A stretch of 42,138 nt of DNA from the UHGV virus genome UHGV-0055357; one strand, given 5' to 3'. A program made the position numbers and the translations under genes. Below, in pieces: positions 16,867-27,992 of the stretch. The notes beneath the pieces are model-generated. The model was not told the origin of the DNA. It did no database searches and saw only the letters and a program-made list of their open reading frames with translations. This DNA comes from a virus. Each line of letters begins with the position of its first letter. The stretch's first letter is position 1.

Positions 16867-17352
16867 ATGAGCGAACCACGCTGGCTTACTGAAGCTCATA
16901 AATTTATCGGACTGAAAGAGATTAAAGGGCCGCAGCATAACCAGGAGATCCTCCAGTTCTGGCGCGATATTAAACGCGGCGGAATTAAAGACGATGAAAC
17001 GCCCTGGTGTGCTGCGTTCACCGGAGCTGTGCTGGAACGTTGCGGAATTAAATCAACGCTGTTTGAGTCGGCTGGCTCATACCTCGGCTGGGGTGAACAG
17101 CTATTAAAACCGGCGTTCGGGTGCGTTGTTGTATTTAAACGCGACGGCGGCGGGCATGTTGGTTTTGTTGTCGGTCAAAATAGCGCGGGTGATTTGCTGG
17201 TGCTGGGCGGCAATCAGTCTGACGCGGTGAATATCAAAGCGTTCCCGCGCTCGCGGGTTAGCGGTTATCGCTGGCCCGTAGGTGTTCAGGATATTCCTGA
17301 TTTTAATTTGCCCGAACGGGTGAATATTAGTTTTTCAATTAGTGAGGCGTGA
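16867..17352 (+). CDS. endolysin, CHAP / NlpC-P60-like peptidoglycan hydrolase
   Basis: 161 aa. Cys in TPWCAAF and His in GGGHVGFVV fit the Cys-His pair of CHAP-type cell-wall hydrolases. Sits after the holin. Confidence 0.65.
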   Translation: MSEPRWLTEAHKFIGLKEIKGPQHNQEILQFWRDIKRGGIKDDETPWCAAFTGAVLERCGIKSTLFESAGSYLGWGEQLLKPAFGCVVVFKRDGGGHVGFVVGQNSAGDLLVLGGNQSDAVNIKAFPRSRVSGYRWPVGVQDIPDFNLPERVNISFSISEA

Positions 17353-17354
17353 CG

Positions 17355-17549
17355 ATGAAAAAATTATTAATTCTGGTGGCGCTGGTCGCCCTGGCTGGTT
17401 GTACACACACGACGTATACGGAAGCAACACGCGCAGACGGAACGACGGTGAAACATATTGCGATCGCGCCGGGTACGAAAATTACAACGGCAAACGGAAA
17501 CTGTATTGATTCGACGGGCGCGGCGGCTGAGTGTCCGGTAAAGGAATAA
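17355..17549 (+). CDS. small lipoprotein
   Basis: Signal peptide MKKLLILVALVALAGC with lipobox LAGC, ~48-aa mature part. Start taken at the ATG at 17355. Confidence 0.6.
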   Translation: MKKLLILVALVALAGCTHTTYTEATRADGTTVKHIAIAPGTKITTANGNCIDSTGAAAECPVKE

Positions 17550-17552
17550 GCA

Positions 17553-17801
17553 ATGAAAAAAACATTGCTGGCCGCCTTATTTCTCTCGTTGACTGCGTGC
17601 ACTGACCCGGATTCCGCGCGAAAGGCACTGGAGGTTAACGGGTACACCAATATACAGATTCGGGGTTATGCGGGGTTGATGTGCTCTAAAGACGACACCT
17701 ATTCAACTAAATTCACAGCAATATCCCCAGCCGGACACTCTGTTAGCGGTGCTGTGTGTAGTGGATTGTTGAAGGCTGCGACGATTCGAATCGACGTCTA
17801 A
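17553..17801 (+). CDS. small lipoprotein
   Basis: MKKTLLAALFLSLTAC with lipobox LTAC, ~65-aa mature part containing three further Cys. Confidence 0.65.
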   Translation: MKKTLLAALFLSLTACTDPDSARKALEVNGYTNIQIRGYAGLMCSKDDTYSTKFTAISPAGHSVSGAVCSGLLKAATIRIDV

Positions 17802-17997
17802 CAATATGACTCGTTGACAATTTACAGCAAATAAACACTACAGAGCGTCAATTACTGGCGCTCAATAGTGATTATTGGAAGGTGGGCGACCGCCGCCAGT
17901 TGGAGCTGGCGACAGTCATTCATACCCACAGGGTGCCGTGGATACAAACCGAGGCCCACTTGCTCGCGCGAGCCGGGTAATAGTAATCGGAATAGAC

Positions 17998-18777
17998 ATG
18001 GCTGAACAGATAGCAGTTATTTTTAAAAACATTTCCGAACTGAATGAGTACGAACGAAATACGCGGACACATTCAGATGAGCAGGTTGCGCAGATAGCAA
18101 AAAGCATTGATGAGTTCGGCTGGACTAACCCGGTGCTGATTGATGAGGCCGGGGAAATTATTGCAGGCCACGGGCGCGTTGCTGCTGCAAAAGATCTCGG
18201 GCTGAATGAGGTCCCAACAATCACCCTTTATGGCCTGACCAACGAGCAAAAACGCGCGTACCGGATCGCGGACAACAAATTGCCGTTAAATGCGGGTTGG
18301 GATGATGAGCTGCTACGGCTAGAACTAACGGAACTCAGCGCCTGCGGGTTCGATATAGAGCTAACTGGATTTAGTGCGGGCGAACTCGATGAGCTATTGG
18401 CGGAAATAGCGCCCGGTGCGGAGTCGGAAGATCCGTACACAACAAAAATTGACACCCCGGTTTATGAGCCGTCTGAAATTAATCCTGCAGTAACTGAACT
18501 CTACGATGACTCAAAAACACACCAGCTCGTTAATGATATTCGTGCGGCTGGGCTACCTGGCGACGTGGAAAAGTTTTTACTCTCTGCCGCTGAGCGTCAC
18601 ACGGTATTCAATTTCAATAAAATTGCTGATTACTACGCGCACGCACCAGAAAATATCCAGACACTATTTGAACAATCCGCACTGGTGATCATTGATTACG
18701 AAAAAGCCATTGAATACGGCCTCGTCCACATGACGCAGAAACTGGTTGAAATAGTTTACGGTGATCGCGATGCGTGA
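17998..18777 (+). CDS. ParB-like nuclease domain protein
   Basis: GWTNPVLIDEAGEIIAGHGRVAAAKDLG matches the ParB N-terminal nuclease motif. Start taken at the ATG at 17998; the track extension from a TTG at 17875 looks non-coding. Confidence 0.7.
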   Translation: MAEQIAVIFKNISELNEYERNTRTHSDEQVAQIAKSIDEFGWTNPVLIDEAGEIIAGHGRVAAAKDLGLNEVPTITLYGLTNEQKRAYRIADNKLPLNAGWDDELLRLELTELSACGFDIELTGFSAGELDELLAEIAPGAESEDPYTTKIDTPVYEPSEINPAVTELYDDSKTHQLVNDIRAAGLPGDVEKFLLSAAERHTVFNFNKIADYYAHAPENIQTLFEQSALVIIDYEKAIEYGLVHMTQKLVEIVYGDRDA

Positions 18778-19633
18778 TGATTTTTGCGCGTTCATCATGA
18801 CGCACGGGCGACCCGACAAAGTTCTTACATACAGCACATTGAGACGTGCCGGATACACGGGAAAAATTTATATCGTCATTGATGACGAGGACGAATCACA
18901 GCAGCGTTATCGTGATGAATTCGGGGATCAGGTTCTGGTTTTTTCAAAAGGGGACATCGCCAGCCGATTTGATGAGGGTGACAATTTCGGTGACCGCCGT
19001 TCGATATTTTACGCCCGCAACGCCTGTTTTGAGTTGGCGGAATTAGTTGGCTGCAAATATTTTATTCAGCTCGATGATGATTATCACGAATTTCAGTTCC
19101 GTATTAATGAGAATCTGGACGTAGCGTATACCGCAATCCGTAATCTGGACGAGGTGCTCAACGAAATGCTGGAGTATTACCTGCGAATACCAGCAGCATC
19201 GATAGCAATGTCGCAAGGCGGCGATTTTCTCGGCTCAAGGACTGATGGTTGCGGGGCGTGGATAAAACGCAAAGCGATGAACAGTTTTATTTGTTCAACG
19301 GATCGCAAATTTGAGTTTGTCGGGCGGGTTAACGAGGACGTGAACACGTACACGAACCTCGGTCGTCGTGGCGAGCTGTTTATGACTATCGGTGCTGTTC
19401 AGTTGGGACAGAAACAGACGCAAAAAAATAGCGGTGGCATGACTGAGTTATATCTGGATTCAGGAACCTACGTAAAAAGTTTTTATTCGGTCATGTATTC
19501 GCCGTCATGCGTAAAGATCGGATTGATGGGCGCAAGCCATAAACGATTACATCACGAGGTGACCTGGAATAACGCCGCAGTAAAAATCATCAATGAGCGT
19601 TATAAAAAATGCCGTCAACGGGGTTCGATATGA
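18761..19633 (+). CDS. hypothetical protein with acidic DxD-like motifs
   Basis: 290 aa. IVIDDEDE and IQLDDDYHEF motifs. No family recognised with confidence. Confidence 0.55.
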   Translation: MIAMRDDFCAFIMTHGRPDKVLTYSTLRRAGYTGKIYIVIDDEDESQQRYRDEFGDQVLVFSKGDIASRFDEGDNFGDRRSIFYARNACFELAELVGCKYFIQLDDDYHEFQFRINENLDVAYTAIRNLDEVLNEMLEYYLRIPAASIAMSQGGDFLGSRTDGCGAWIKRKAMNSFICSTDRKFEFVGRVNEDVNTYTNLGRRGELFMTIGAVQLGQKQTQKNSGGMTELYLDSGTYVKSFYSVMYSPSCVKIGLMGASHKRLHHEVTWNNAAVKIINERYKKCRQRGSI

Positions 19634-19881
19634 TCCCCTTGGGCAAAGTCGAATCATTAGCTGCCTGCCGCATGAGTGAGCAACAAATTGCTGATGCGCT
19701 GGATATAAATCTAACTGAACTGAAACGAGATCCGGAGATGCTCACGCAGTACCGCGAAACAATCAGGAAAGGCAGGGCTAAAGGCGAAGCTGAATTGCGG
19801 GCGGTATTGTACAAACGCGCTAAAAACGGCGACCGTTCGGCGTATGTGGAACTAATGAGACGAGAGAAGGAAAGCGGCTAA
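19630..19881 (+). CDS. small HTH protein upstream of the small terminase
   Basis: ~83 aa from the ATG at 19630, ATGA overlap with the upstream gene. MSEQQIADALDINLTELKR looks like an HTH. Confidence 0.45.
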   Translation: MIPLGKVESLAACRMSEQQIADALDINLTELKRDPEMLTQYRETIRKGRAKGEAELRAVLYKRAKNGDRSAYVELMRREKESG

Positions 19882-20870
19882 TGAAACCGGACGAGGGCGC
19901 ACTTAAACGTGATTACTGCGCCGGAGTGCTCTCGATCCAGAAAGTTGCAGACAGGCACGGTATAGCAAAATCCACTCTGATGGATATGGCGAAAAAATAC
20001 GGCTGGATGCGACAAAAAAATCCGTCCAAAAAATCCGTCCAAAATAAAAATGGACGGACGGACGAAAAAACAGTTGAGCGAGAGAAATCTGACGCGAAAA
20101 AAAACTCGTTAGTTGCTGGTGTCGATGAGGACGATTCAGTCGACGAAGCCAGTAATTTCGGGCTATCCCCGCAGCAGGCGAATTTTGCACATTACGTCGC
20201 TGAGGGTAAATCCAGGGTGGAGGCGTACCGACTCGCAGGATACAAATGCGAAGGAGAATTTGCGCATCAATCAGCCAGTCGCCTGTATAGAAATGTCAAG
20301 GTTTCGCGCTACATCCGACACCTCCGCGACAAATTCGAAAAACGCCAGGCCGCAACAATTGACGACCTGATTCATCAGTACACAGCAATAGCAAATGCTG
20401 ACCCGAACGAACTGGCACAGCACAGACGCGTAAACTGTCGTTACTGCTGGGGTGAACACCATCTCTACCAGTGGCGTGATATTGCTGAATACGACCGGGC
20501 ATCAGCCTCAGCGGCAAAAGACGGAAAACAGCCGCCAGATTACGGTGGCCTGGGATTTGTTGATACTGCCGATCCTCACCCTGATTGCCCGAAATGTAAC
20601 GGCGAGGGAGTGAGCGAGGTATTTATTACCGACACCCGAGATCTGGAGGGTAACGCTCGCTGGCTATACGCGGGCGTGAAAGAAACGAAATTCGGGATTG
20701 AGATTCAGACCGCAAATCAGGACGCGGCACGGCGTGAACTCGCCAGGCTGTTGACCGCTCATCTGACGGCGGGTGGCAAACCAGGTGAACGCGCGGCAGC
20801 AGGTTACACACCGGACGATTACCGCAACGCACAGAACTGGATCGACAATGAATTTGGGGATCTGGACTGA
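19881..20870 (+). CDS. terminase small subunit
   Basis: 329 aa. N-terminal HTH, and ANFAHYVAEGKSRVEAYRLAGYKCEGEFAHQSASRLYRNVKVSRYI resembles the small-terminase core. Directly upstream of the large terminase. Confidence 0.7.
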   Translation: MKPDEGALKRDYCAGVLSIQKVADRHGIAKSTLMDMAKKYGWMRQKNPSKKSVQNKNGRTDEKTVEREKSDAKKNSLVAGVDEDDSVDEASNFGLSPQQANFAHYVAEGKSRVEAYRLAGYKCEGEFAHQSASRLYRNVKVSRYIRHLRDKFEKRQAATIDDLIHQYTAIANADPNELAQHRRVNCRYCWGEHHLYQWRDIAEYDRASASAAKDGKQPPDYGGLGFVDTADPHPDCPKCNGEGVSEVFITDTRDLEGNARWLYAGVKETKFGIEIQTANQDAARRELARLLTAHLTAGGKPGERAAAGYTPDDYRNAQNWIDNEFGDLD

Positions 20871-22498
20871 TGATTGAGTGGGAGAATCTCGAGTTTCCAA
20901 AGCGGGTGGAGGTGAAACGTCGCTCCACCCGTTCTTTTTTGAATTACACGCGACTGTGGTTTGAGTTGATCCAGGGTGACCGATTGATGGTCAACTGGCA
21001 CCACAGGATGATGGCGGCGAAAATCGACGGGATTATTAACGGCACAGCAGCAAAACGAAATCTGATTATCAACACCCCGCCAGGCTCCACGAAAACGGAA
21101 TTTTTTTCTATTCACCTGCCAGCGTATATCAACGCGCTGGTGCAGGAAAAAAAACTACAGCGTTTTCGTAATCTGAATATCTCGTTCTCTGATTCACTCG
21201 TTAAACGTAACAGCCGCAGAACGAGAGATATTATTGCCAGTCCTGAGTATCAGGAGTTATGGCCCTGCCAGTTCGGCGTCAAACAGGCTGACGAGTGGGA
21301 GATAATCAATGCGCTGGGGCGTTCAGTTGGACAAACAGTGTCGCGCGCTGGTGGCGGTCAGATTACCGGTGGTCGTGGTGGCTATCCCGGTCCTGAGTTT
21401 TCGGGGTACGTGCTGCTCGATGATTTTAATAAACCGCTCGATATGTTTTCGGAGACGAAACGCGCCTCAGCCAACCAGCTGCTGGTAAACACAATTCGCT
21501 CCCGGCGCGGGGATCGCTCTAAAGACAATCCCACGCCGATAATCTCTATACAGCAACGACTCCACGTTGATGACGCCACCGGGTTTATGCTCGCTGGTGG
21601 TATGGGCCTGAGTTTTGACCACACGGTTATTCCCGCGCTGATTAGTGAGGAATATATCGACGCGCTGCCGGAACCGTGGCGATCACAGTGCTGGAACGTC
21701 GTAAAAAACACGGACAGCGTGACTGTCGCGGGTGTGCGGTACTGGTCGTATTGGCCCGAGATGGAGTTCGTGGGAGATCTGCTGGCACTGTGGGAGCGTG
21801 ACGCGTACACGTTTTTGAGTCAGTACCAGCAAAATCCGGCGGCATTATCCGGTGGGCTGATTAACGGCGAATGGTTTCGCACCTACCGAAAATTACCGCG
21901 CCTGCTCTGGCGTGCTGTGTACGTTGATACCAACTCCGGCAAAGTTAAAGATTTTAACGACTACACCGTGTTTACTCTGGCTGGTATGGGGGCAGACGGA
22001 AATATGTACATCATCGATATGGAGCGCGGGAAATGGGATCCGGAGGAGTTGTTACGGAAAGCCGAGGAACTCTGGGAGCGCTGGCAACCGTCGGATACTC
22101 TCCAGCGTGCGGCACTGCGTTATATGTCGATCGAGGATAAACAAGCAGGGCAGGGGCTGATAACTACGCTCACAAAACGCCGCGCTATTCCTATCAACGC
22201 GGTTCAGCGTGGTGACGGTGAAAATAAACTGGTCCGGTGCCTGAACTGTATCCCGCAACTGAAAACCGGAAAAGTTTATATCCCGGATACGCACGACGCG
22301 GACCGGAACCCGATATTCCACACGTATTACAGTGACGGCGTAACGATAGCTGGCACAACACAGTGGGTGGTTGGATTTGTTGCCGAGGCCGTTGCGTTTA
22401 CTGCTGACGATACACACGACCACGACGATATGCTGGACACTGCGATGGACGCGGTAGACGACATGCTGATTAACCCGCAACGAGGATTTTTTGACTGA
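20870..22498 (+). CDS. terminase large subunit
   Basis: 542 aa. P-loop-like [11 protein letters not shown], Walker-B-like VLLDDF, and a C-terminal RNase-H-like nuclease region (YVDTNSG … YTVFTLAGM … [10 protein letters not shown]). Confidence 0.85.
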   Translation: MIEWENLEFPKRVEVKRRSTRSFLNYTRLWFELIQGDRLMVNWHHRMMAAKIDGIINGTAAKRNLIINTPPGSTKTEFFSIHLPAYINALVQEKKLQRFRNLNISFSDSLVKRNSRRTRDIIASPEYQELWPCQFGVKQADEWEIINALGRSVGQTVSRAGGGQITGGRGGYPGPEFSGYVLLDDFNKPLDMFSETKRASANQLLVNTIRSRRGDRSKDNPTPIISIQQRLHVDDATGFMLAGGMGLSFDHTVIPALISEEYIDALPEPWRSQCWNVVKNTDSVTVAGVRYWSYWPEMEFVGDLLALWERDAYTFLSQYQQNPAALSGGLINGEWFRTYRKLPRLLWRAVYVDTNSGKVKDFNDYTVFTLAGMGADGNMYIIDMERGKWDPEELLRKAEELWERWQPSDTLQRAALRYMSIEDKQAGQGLITTLTKRRAIPINAVQRGDGENKLVRCLNCIPQLKTGKVYIPDTHDADRNPIFHTYYSDGVTIAGTTQWVVGFVAEAVAFTADDTHDHDDMLDTAMDAVDDMLINPQRGFFD

Positions 22499-24024
22499 TG
22501 TGGCCGTTTAAAAAACAGCAGCCCGAACCGCTGCCAAAAAACGATGACCCGCCCAAATTTGGAGCGGGTTTTTTTTCGACTGATGTACCGCTGTTCATGC
22601 CGGAAATTGACCGGTTAGCACTGATGGCGCGCAGCCTCCAGAAACCGCTGCCGTGCACTAAAAAGGGCGTCGGCATGGATGCCGCAATTGGCAAATGGGG
22701 CGGCACTGATGCCAGCGTACCCGATGCTCAGTTGGGCTGGTACGCCAGCCAGGGATTTATCGGCTATCAGCTCTGTGCCGTTATCGCGCAGCACTGGTTG
22801 GTGGATAAAGCCTGTACGATGCCCGCGCGCGATGCGGTGCGCAACGGCTACGAAATCACGGTAAACGACGGCAGTGAGGCCAGACCGGAAATTATTGCGG
22901 CAATGCAAAAGTTGGATAAGCGTTTCGGCCTGAATAAATCCATGCGCGAGTTCGTGCGTGTGGGGCGCATTTTTGGTATCAGACACGCGTTATTCCTGGT
23001 TGATTCAGACGACCCGAACTACTACGCCAAACCGTTCAATATCGACAGCGTGAAACCGGGCAGTTATCGCGGGATATCGCAGATTGATCCGTACTGGCTC
23101 ACTCCAGAACTGGACCGCAACGCCACAGCTAACCCGGCGAATCTGCATTTCTACGAGCCGACGTGGTGGCGCGTTAACGGGCTGGGTCGTGTTCATCGTT
23201 CACATTTCTGTATTTTCCGCGCTAACGAGGTGCCGGACGTACTCAAGCCAACGTACAACTACGGCGGCGTGTCGATTCCGCAGAAAATTTTTGAACGCGT
23301 GTACGCAGCAGAACGCACGGCGAACGAGGGGCCGCAGCTCGCAATGACGAAACGCAGTACGGTTTTGTCGGTTAACACTGCGGCGGCGCTCACTGACCAG
23401 GTGGCGTTTGAGGAACGCATGGCGCTGTGGATGTACTACCTCAACAACTACGGCGTAAAAATCATCGACCGTAACGACACGTATCAGCAGACAGATACCG
23501 CGCTGGCTGACGTAGACACGGTGACGATGACGCAATACCAGTTAGTTGCTGGCGCGTCGGGTGTTCCGGTTACAAAACTGATGGGGACGTCGCCGAAAGG
23601 CTTTCAGTCCAGCGGCAGCTACGAGGAGTCGAGCTATCACGAGGAACTGGAGGCGATACAGGAAAACGACCTGACACCGCTGGCAGAGCGCCATCACCAA
23701 CTACTGATGCGGTCCATTATTGCGCCGCGATTTGGTATCTCGCCCGTCGAAACAGAAATTACCTGGTCACCAGTGGCGTCACTCACGGCTACTGAGCAGG
23801 CAGATATCAACGTCAAAAAAGCGCAGACAGATACCGCCCTGGCACAGGTCGGCGCTATCGACGGCGTGGACGTTCGCAACCGGATTATCAAAGACCCGGA
23901 CAGCGGATACAGCGGCATCGAGCCGTATGAGGATGACAATGGCGAAGAAAATCAACCTGTCGAAGAAGAAGGCGCAATGGGCGCGCCAGTTCAAACCCCA
24001 GATAATCCGGGGCGCACCGCTTAA
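22498..24024 (+). CDS. portal protein
   Basis: 508 aa with acidic C-terminal tail, directly after the large terminase. Confidence 0.75.
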   Translation: MWPFKKQQPEPLPKNDDPPKFGAGFFSTDVPLFMPEIDRLALMARSLQKPLPCTKKGVGMDAAIGKWGGTDASVPDAQLGWYASQGFIGYQLCAVIAQHWLVDKACTMPARDAVRNGYEITVNDGSEARPEIIAAMQKLDKRFGLNKSMREFVRVGRIFGIRHALFLVDSDDPNYYAKPFNIDSVKPGSYRGISQIDPYWLTPELDRNATANPANLHFYEPTWWRVNGLGRVHRSHFCIFRANEVPDVLKPTYNYGGVSIPQKIFERVYAAERTANEGPQLAMTKRSTVLSVNTAAALTDQVAFEERMALWMYYLNNYGVKIIDRNDTYQQTDTALADVDTVTMTQYQLVAGASGVPVTKLMGTSPKGFQSSGSYEESSYHEELEAIQENDLTPLAERHHQLLMRSIIAPRFGISPVETEITWSPVASLTATEQADINVKKAQTDTALAQVGAIDGVDVRNRIIKDPDSGYSGIEPYEDDNGEENQPVEEEGAMGAPVQTPDNPGRTA

Positions 24025-24811
24025 CTACAACGCGGCGCAGGCGGGGAGGGTTGAGGCTGAACTGCTGAAACTGGTCAGACAGATGATGCGGGAAACGCAG
24101 CGTGAAATCACCACGCTGTTTCAGTCGGGCGCTGGTAAACAGTATTTCGCTACGGACGCCAGTGTATCGAGTCAGTCACGAATTTTGCTGAACTCGTTAG
24201 CCAGTAAGTTCATGAAAGTTTTTAAAAGCCGGGCAAAGGGTATCACTGAAAAAATGCTCAAAGGCGCGGCGAACTCCAGCACAACCAGCCTGCGGCAGAG
24301 TATCGAGCAGTTAACCGGGGGCGTGACACTCTCGACAGATATTTTTTCTGGAACTCTGAAAGAGAAGCTGAACGCGGCAGCAACGCAGAGTACCAATCTA
24401 ATTGTCTCAATTCCTCAGCAATATCTGGCTACTGTAAAAAATGCGGTCACGTCATCTATCAGTAGCGGGAACGGGCTGGCTGACCTGACGCCATTTTTCG
24501 AGCGGCAGAACGGAATTACAGAGCGCCACGCAAAAAACATGGCGCTGGACCAGACCCGCAAGGTTTACAACACAATTAACGCCGAGCGCATGAAGTCTGT
24601 CGGTATCAGCAAATTCGAGTGGCTACATTCTGCGGGCGGGCAAAGGCCGCGACCGTATCACCTGCACACACTGAACGGCGGGATATACGACCTCAATGAT
24701 CCTCCGGTTATCGACCCAAAAACTGGCGAGCGCGGATTACCCGGACAACTGCCGAACTGCAAATGTCGGATGCGTCCGGTTATCGAACTCGACGACGGAA
24801 CAACAACATGA
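23927..24811 (+). CDS. head morphogenesis protein (Mu F / SPP1 gp7-like)
   Basis: Track ORF 23720-24811 overlaps the portal; likely start is the ATG at 23927/23933/23939. Position and composition fit the minor head morphogenesis family. Confidence 0.6.
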   Translation: MRMTMAKKINLSKKKAQWARQFKPQIIRGAPLNYNAAQAGRVEAELLKLVRQMMRETQREITTLFQSGAGKQYFATDASVSSQSRILLNSLASKFMKVFKSRAKGITEKMLKGAANSSTTSLRQSIEQLTGGVTLSTDIFSGTLKEKLNAAATQSTNLIVSIPQQYLATVKNAVTSSISSGNGLADLTPFFERQNGITERHAKNMALDQTRKVYNTINAERMKSVGISKFEWLHSAGGQRPRPYHLHTLNGGIYDLNDPPVIDPKTGERGLPGQLPNCKCRMRPVIELDDGTTT

Positions 24812-25983
24812 CGGGCCAATCTCAACGAATATACGACCTCAACAACTGGTTCGAAATCCCCAAAAACCCCATCTCAAAAGTTGGGGTTTTTCCGTATTTA
24901 GGGAGCACCATCGGCGCGCCTGAGCCGGACAAGATTTACATGGTTTACCGCCCCGCAGAGGCGCTGGCAGATCCCGAGTGCCTGCAATCGTTCAGGCTGC
25001 TGCCATTTATCAACGACCACGAAATGCTGGGCGAGGGAGAGACGCCAGCGGAGCAGTACGGCGTTGAAGGCGTTATCGGGGAAAACGTCGTTTTTGAGGG
25101 CGACGAGAACCAGGGGACGCTCTACGCAAATCTCAAAGTTTTTTCTCAGCGTCTGGCGGAGCTAATCGCCGACGGGAAAAAAGAACTCTCATGCGGCTAT
25201 CGCTGCGTATACGAATTCAGACCGGGAACGTGGAACGGTCAACCCTACGACTATGTGCAACTCAAAATCAGGGGCAATCACATCGCCCTGGTTGACGAGG
25301 GGCGCATGGGGCCGACGGTCGCAGTGCTCGACCACTTTAAATTCACAATAGATTCATCGGAGTTAAAACACATGGCAGAACCAGGCGAAAACAAAGAAGG
25401 TCAGGACGGCGACGGCGCTGGCGAGGGCGACATGACGCTGGCGCAGTGCGCAGCAGCCATCAAACAAATCATGCCGATTATTCAGCAATTCCAGTCCGCA
25501 CAGGGCGCAAGTCCGGCAGCGGCAACACCGGATGAGGAAGCGCCACCAGAGGGAGAAAAAAAGGCAACACCACCGGAAGAGCAAACCGGAGATGAAGACG
25601 TGCCACCGGAAGAAAAAGCGGCGCAGGACGCAGCTATTAAAAAACTTCGTGCAGAAATCCGGGACACGCGCAGCGCGCTGGACGGTTTCAAAAAAGACGG
25701 CATGAAAATGCTCATGGGGCAGATCGCCCGCCGTGACACGCTGGCAGAGCAGCTATCCCACCACATCGGCGCGTTTGATCACCGTGAAAAAACGCTGGAT
25801 GAGGTCGCTAAATACGGCGTGAAAAAACTCGGCATCAACTGCGCCGACGGCATGGAAGAAGCCGTGCTGCTGGGCTACCTCCACGCTCGCCCTGTTAACT
25901 ACGGTGGCAGCGACGACACCACTTATTCAGCGGCTGACGCGGCTGATAGTGACGAAATTACCAAATACCTGGGGGGCAAATAA
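24808..25983 (+). CDS. capsid scaffolding or protease-like protein
   Basis: Start taken at the ATG at 24808 (ATGA overlap). Acidic, Pro/Glu-rich central linker and helical C-terminus, located between portal and capsid genes. Confidence 0.55.
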   Translation: MTGQSQRIYDLNNWFEIPKNPISKVGVFPYLGSTIGAPEPDKIYMVYRPAEALADPECLQSFRLLPFINDHEMLGEGETPAEQYGVEGVIGENVVFEGDENQGTLYANLKVFSQRLAELIADGKKELSCGYRCVYEFRPGTWNGQPYDYVQLKIRGNHIALVDEGRMGPTVAVLDHFKFTIDSSELKHMAEPGENKEGQDGDGAGEGDMTLAQCAAAIKQIMPIIQQFQSAQGASPAAATPDEEAPPEGEKKATPPEEQTGDEDVPPEEKAAQDAAIKKLRAEIRDTRSALDGFKKDGMKMLMGQIARRDTLAEQLSHHIGAFDHREKTLDEVAKYGVKKLGINCADGMEEAVLLGYLHARPVNYGGSDDTTYSAADAADSDEITKYLGGK

Positions 25984-26477
25984 TGTCGTTTCCAACTGCT
26001 ATCAATAAATCCCTGGCGTTCGGTGTGCCGGGTGAGTTCTACGCAGAGGGGCCGAGTCGTGTGCGCTCTGCAATGATTCAGTCCGCTGACGCAAAAAATA
26101 ACGTATTCGGACGCGCGTTTTCGCAGACCAGCGATCACGTAGGCGCGGGCGGCTCGGAGGAATTGTTCGTTGGCATTCTGGTTAACCCGAAATCTCAACC
26201 GATGTATGGCGACTCAACCAACCCACTAAGTCCGTCGATGGTCCTACCTAACGGATTGAACGCAGAGTTCTGCTCGATGGGGATCCTCGTGGTGAGCTTT
26301 ACCAGCGCCGTGGCTGTCGGTCAAAAAGTGGTGTTTGACACCACGACCGGGGAACTCTCCACCGTTGCGCCAACTGCTACGAGTGCCGGTACAGGCAAGG
26401 CATTTGTCCCTAACTGCCGCGTTACCCATTTCACCACTGCTGGCGCTGGTCCTGCTGTTATCACGCTTACCAACTAA
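25983..26477 (+). CDS. head structural or decoration protein
   Basis: 164 aa, Gly/Thr/Ala-rich, immediately upstream of the major capsid gene. Confidence 0.5.
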   Translation: MSFPTAINKSLAFGVPGEFYAEGPSRVRSAMIQSADAKNNVFGRAFSQTSDHVGAGGSEELFVGILVNPKSQPMYGDSTNPLSPSMVLPNGLNAEFCSMGILVVSFTSAVAVGQKVVFDTTTGELSTVAPTATSAGTGKAFVPNCRVTHFTTAGAGPAVITLTN

Positions 26478-26488
26478 CGGAAAAAATC

Positions 26489-27601
26489 ATGAGCAAAACC
26501 GTTTCACAAATTCACTCGTACATTGGGCCGCGCAACGTTCGCCCGCTCAATCTGACGAAATGCGACGGCTATCCGAAGGGGTTGTCTAAATTGGGGATCT
26601 GCATGGATTCCCGCACACTGCGCACGATGGGCGCGGCGATGGACTCAACCGCGCTACCCGGCCTCACAACTGCGGCGAGCAACGGCGTACCGGTTCAGGC
26701 GTTGCAAACCTGGTTACCAGGATTTGTTGCCACGGTTACGCAGCCGCGCAAAATCGACGACCTGATTGGTATCACTACTGTCGGTAGCTGGGAGGACGAG
26801 GAAATTATCCAGTCCGTCATGGAGTTGACGGGTAAAGCGGCGGTATATGGTGATTACACCAATATCCCGCTGTCGTCCTGGAACGTCGGCTATGAGCGCC
26901 GCAGCGTCATTCGCTTTGAAGAAGGTTTGCAGGTTGGCTATCTTGAGTCAGCACGCGCCGCAAAAATCAAAGTCGACAGCGCAGCCACCAAGCGCAACGG
27001 CGCGGCGATTGCTCTGGAAATCAACCGTAATGACGTTGGTTTCTACGGCTACAACAACGGCACCAACCGCACCTACGGTATGCTGAACGACCCGGCGGCT
27101 CCGGCGTACAAAACGCTCCCGGCTGGCGCATCAGGCCAGACCAAATGGTCCGGCAAAACATTCCAGGAAATCACCGCAGATATTCGCCTGATTGCTAACG
27201 CTCTGCTGGTTGATTCCAAATCTGTTGTTGATCCAACTGAAAACGAGTGCACGTTAACGCTCGCCAACGGCTCAATCTCGTATCTCAGCGTATCGACCGA
27301 CATGGGGATGAGCGTGCAGGACTGGATTTCAAAAACCTATCCGAAGTGGCGTATCAAGACCGCGCCGGAGTTCGACGGTGCCAACGGCGGCGCTAACATT
27401 ATGCAGCTTCACGCCGAAAATATTCTGGCTGATGAAGTTTCGACTGATGACAAAGGCGTCTGGTCGCAGCTCGTGCCTGCCAAGTTCGTCACTATCGGCG
27501 CAGAACAGCGCGCGAAGTTTTACACAGAGGATTTCAGTAACGCCACCGCTGGCGTCATGCTGAAACGTCCGTATGCCTGCGTCCGTGCTACGGGTAACTA
27601 A
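26489..27601 (+). CDS. major capsid protein
   Basis: 370 aa, strong ribosome-binding site, position and size typical of a major capsid protein. Confidence 0.75.
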   Translation: MSKTVSQIHSYIGPRNVRPLNLTKCDGYPKGLSKLGICMDSRTLRTMGAAMDSTALPGLTTAASNGVPVQALQTWLPGFVATVTQPRKIDDLIGITTVGSWEDEEIIQSVMELTGKAAVYGDYTNIPLSSWNVGYERRSVIRFEEGLQVGYLESARAAKIKVDSAATKRNGAAIALEINRNDVGFYGYNNGTNRTYGMLNDPAAPAYKTLPAGASGQTKWSGKTFQEITADIRLIANALLVDSKSVVDPTENECTLTLANGSISYLSVSTDMGMSVQDWISKTYPKWRIKTAPEFDGANGGANIMQLHAENILADEVSTDDKGVWSQLVPAKFVTIGAEQRAKFYTEDFSNATAGVMLKRPYACVRATGN

Positions 27602-27612
27602 GGAGATAATTT

Positions 27613-27990
27613 ATGGAATACTATATTTACTCGACACTCACCGGCTCACAGGCATATCAGGTATATCGTAACGGGGGGGCCGACCTGCCGATTGCTGAAC
27701 GTGCAATTCTGGTAGCAGGCGGCGCAAACCTGGCTGATAAAAATTTCATCACGCCGAAAGGCGTCGTGACTACCGTGTCCGATGAAGATCTGGCTCTGCT
27801 GAAGCAAAACCCGGTTTTTCAGTTGCACAAATCCAACGGCTTTATTGTTGTTGAAGAGAAACCGGCTCCGGTTGAAAAAGTTGCCAGCGACATGGAGGCG
27901 CGCGACGAGTCTGCGCCGCTGACGGATAACGATTTCATCGCTAACGGTCAGAAGCCTCCGAAAGTCATCGACAACAAAAGGGAAAAATAA
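27613..27990 (+). CDS. hypothetical head-completion protein
   Basis: ORF track, 125 aa, tightly packed in the structural operon. Confidence 0.5.
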   Translation: MEYYIYSTLTGSQAYQVYRNGGADLPIAERAILVAGGANLADKNFITPKGVVTTVSDEDLALLKQNPVFQLHKSNGFIVVEEKPAPVEKVASDMEARDESAPLTDNDFIANGQKPPKVIDNKREK

Positions 27991-27992
27991 TC

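Noticed and set aside
17875-17997. N-terminal extension of the ParB-like ORF from a TTG start
   Set aside because: The extension is Pro/Gly/Arg-rich and lacks a ribosome-binding site; the ATG at 17998 gives a sensible N-terminus.
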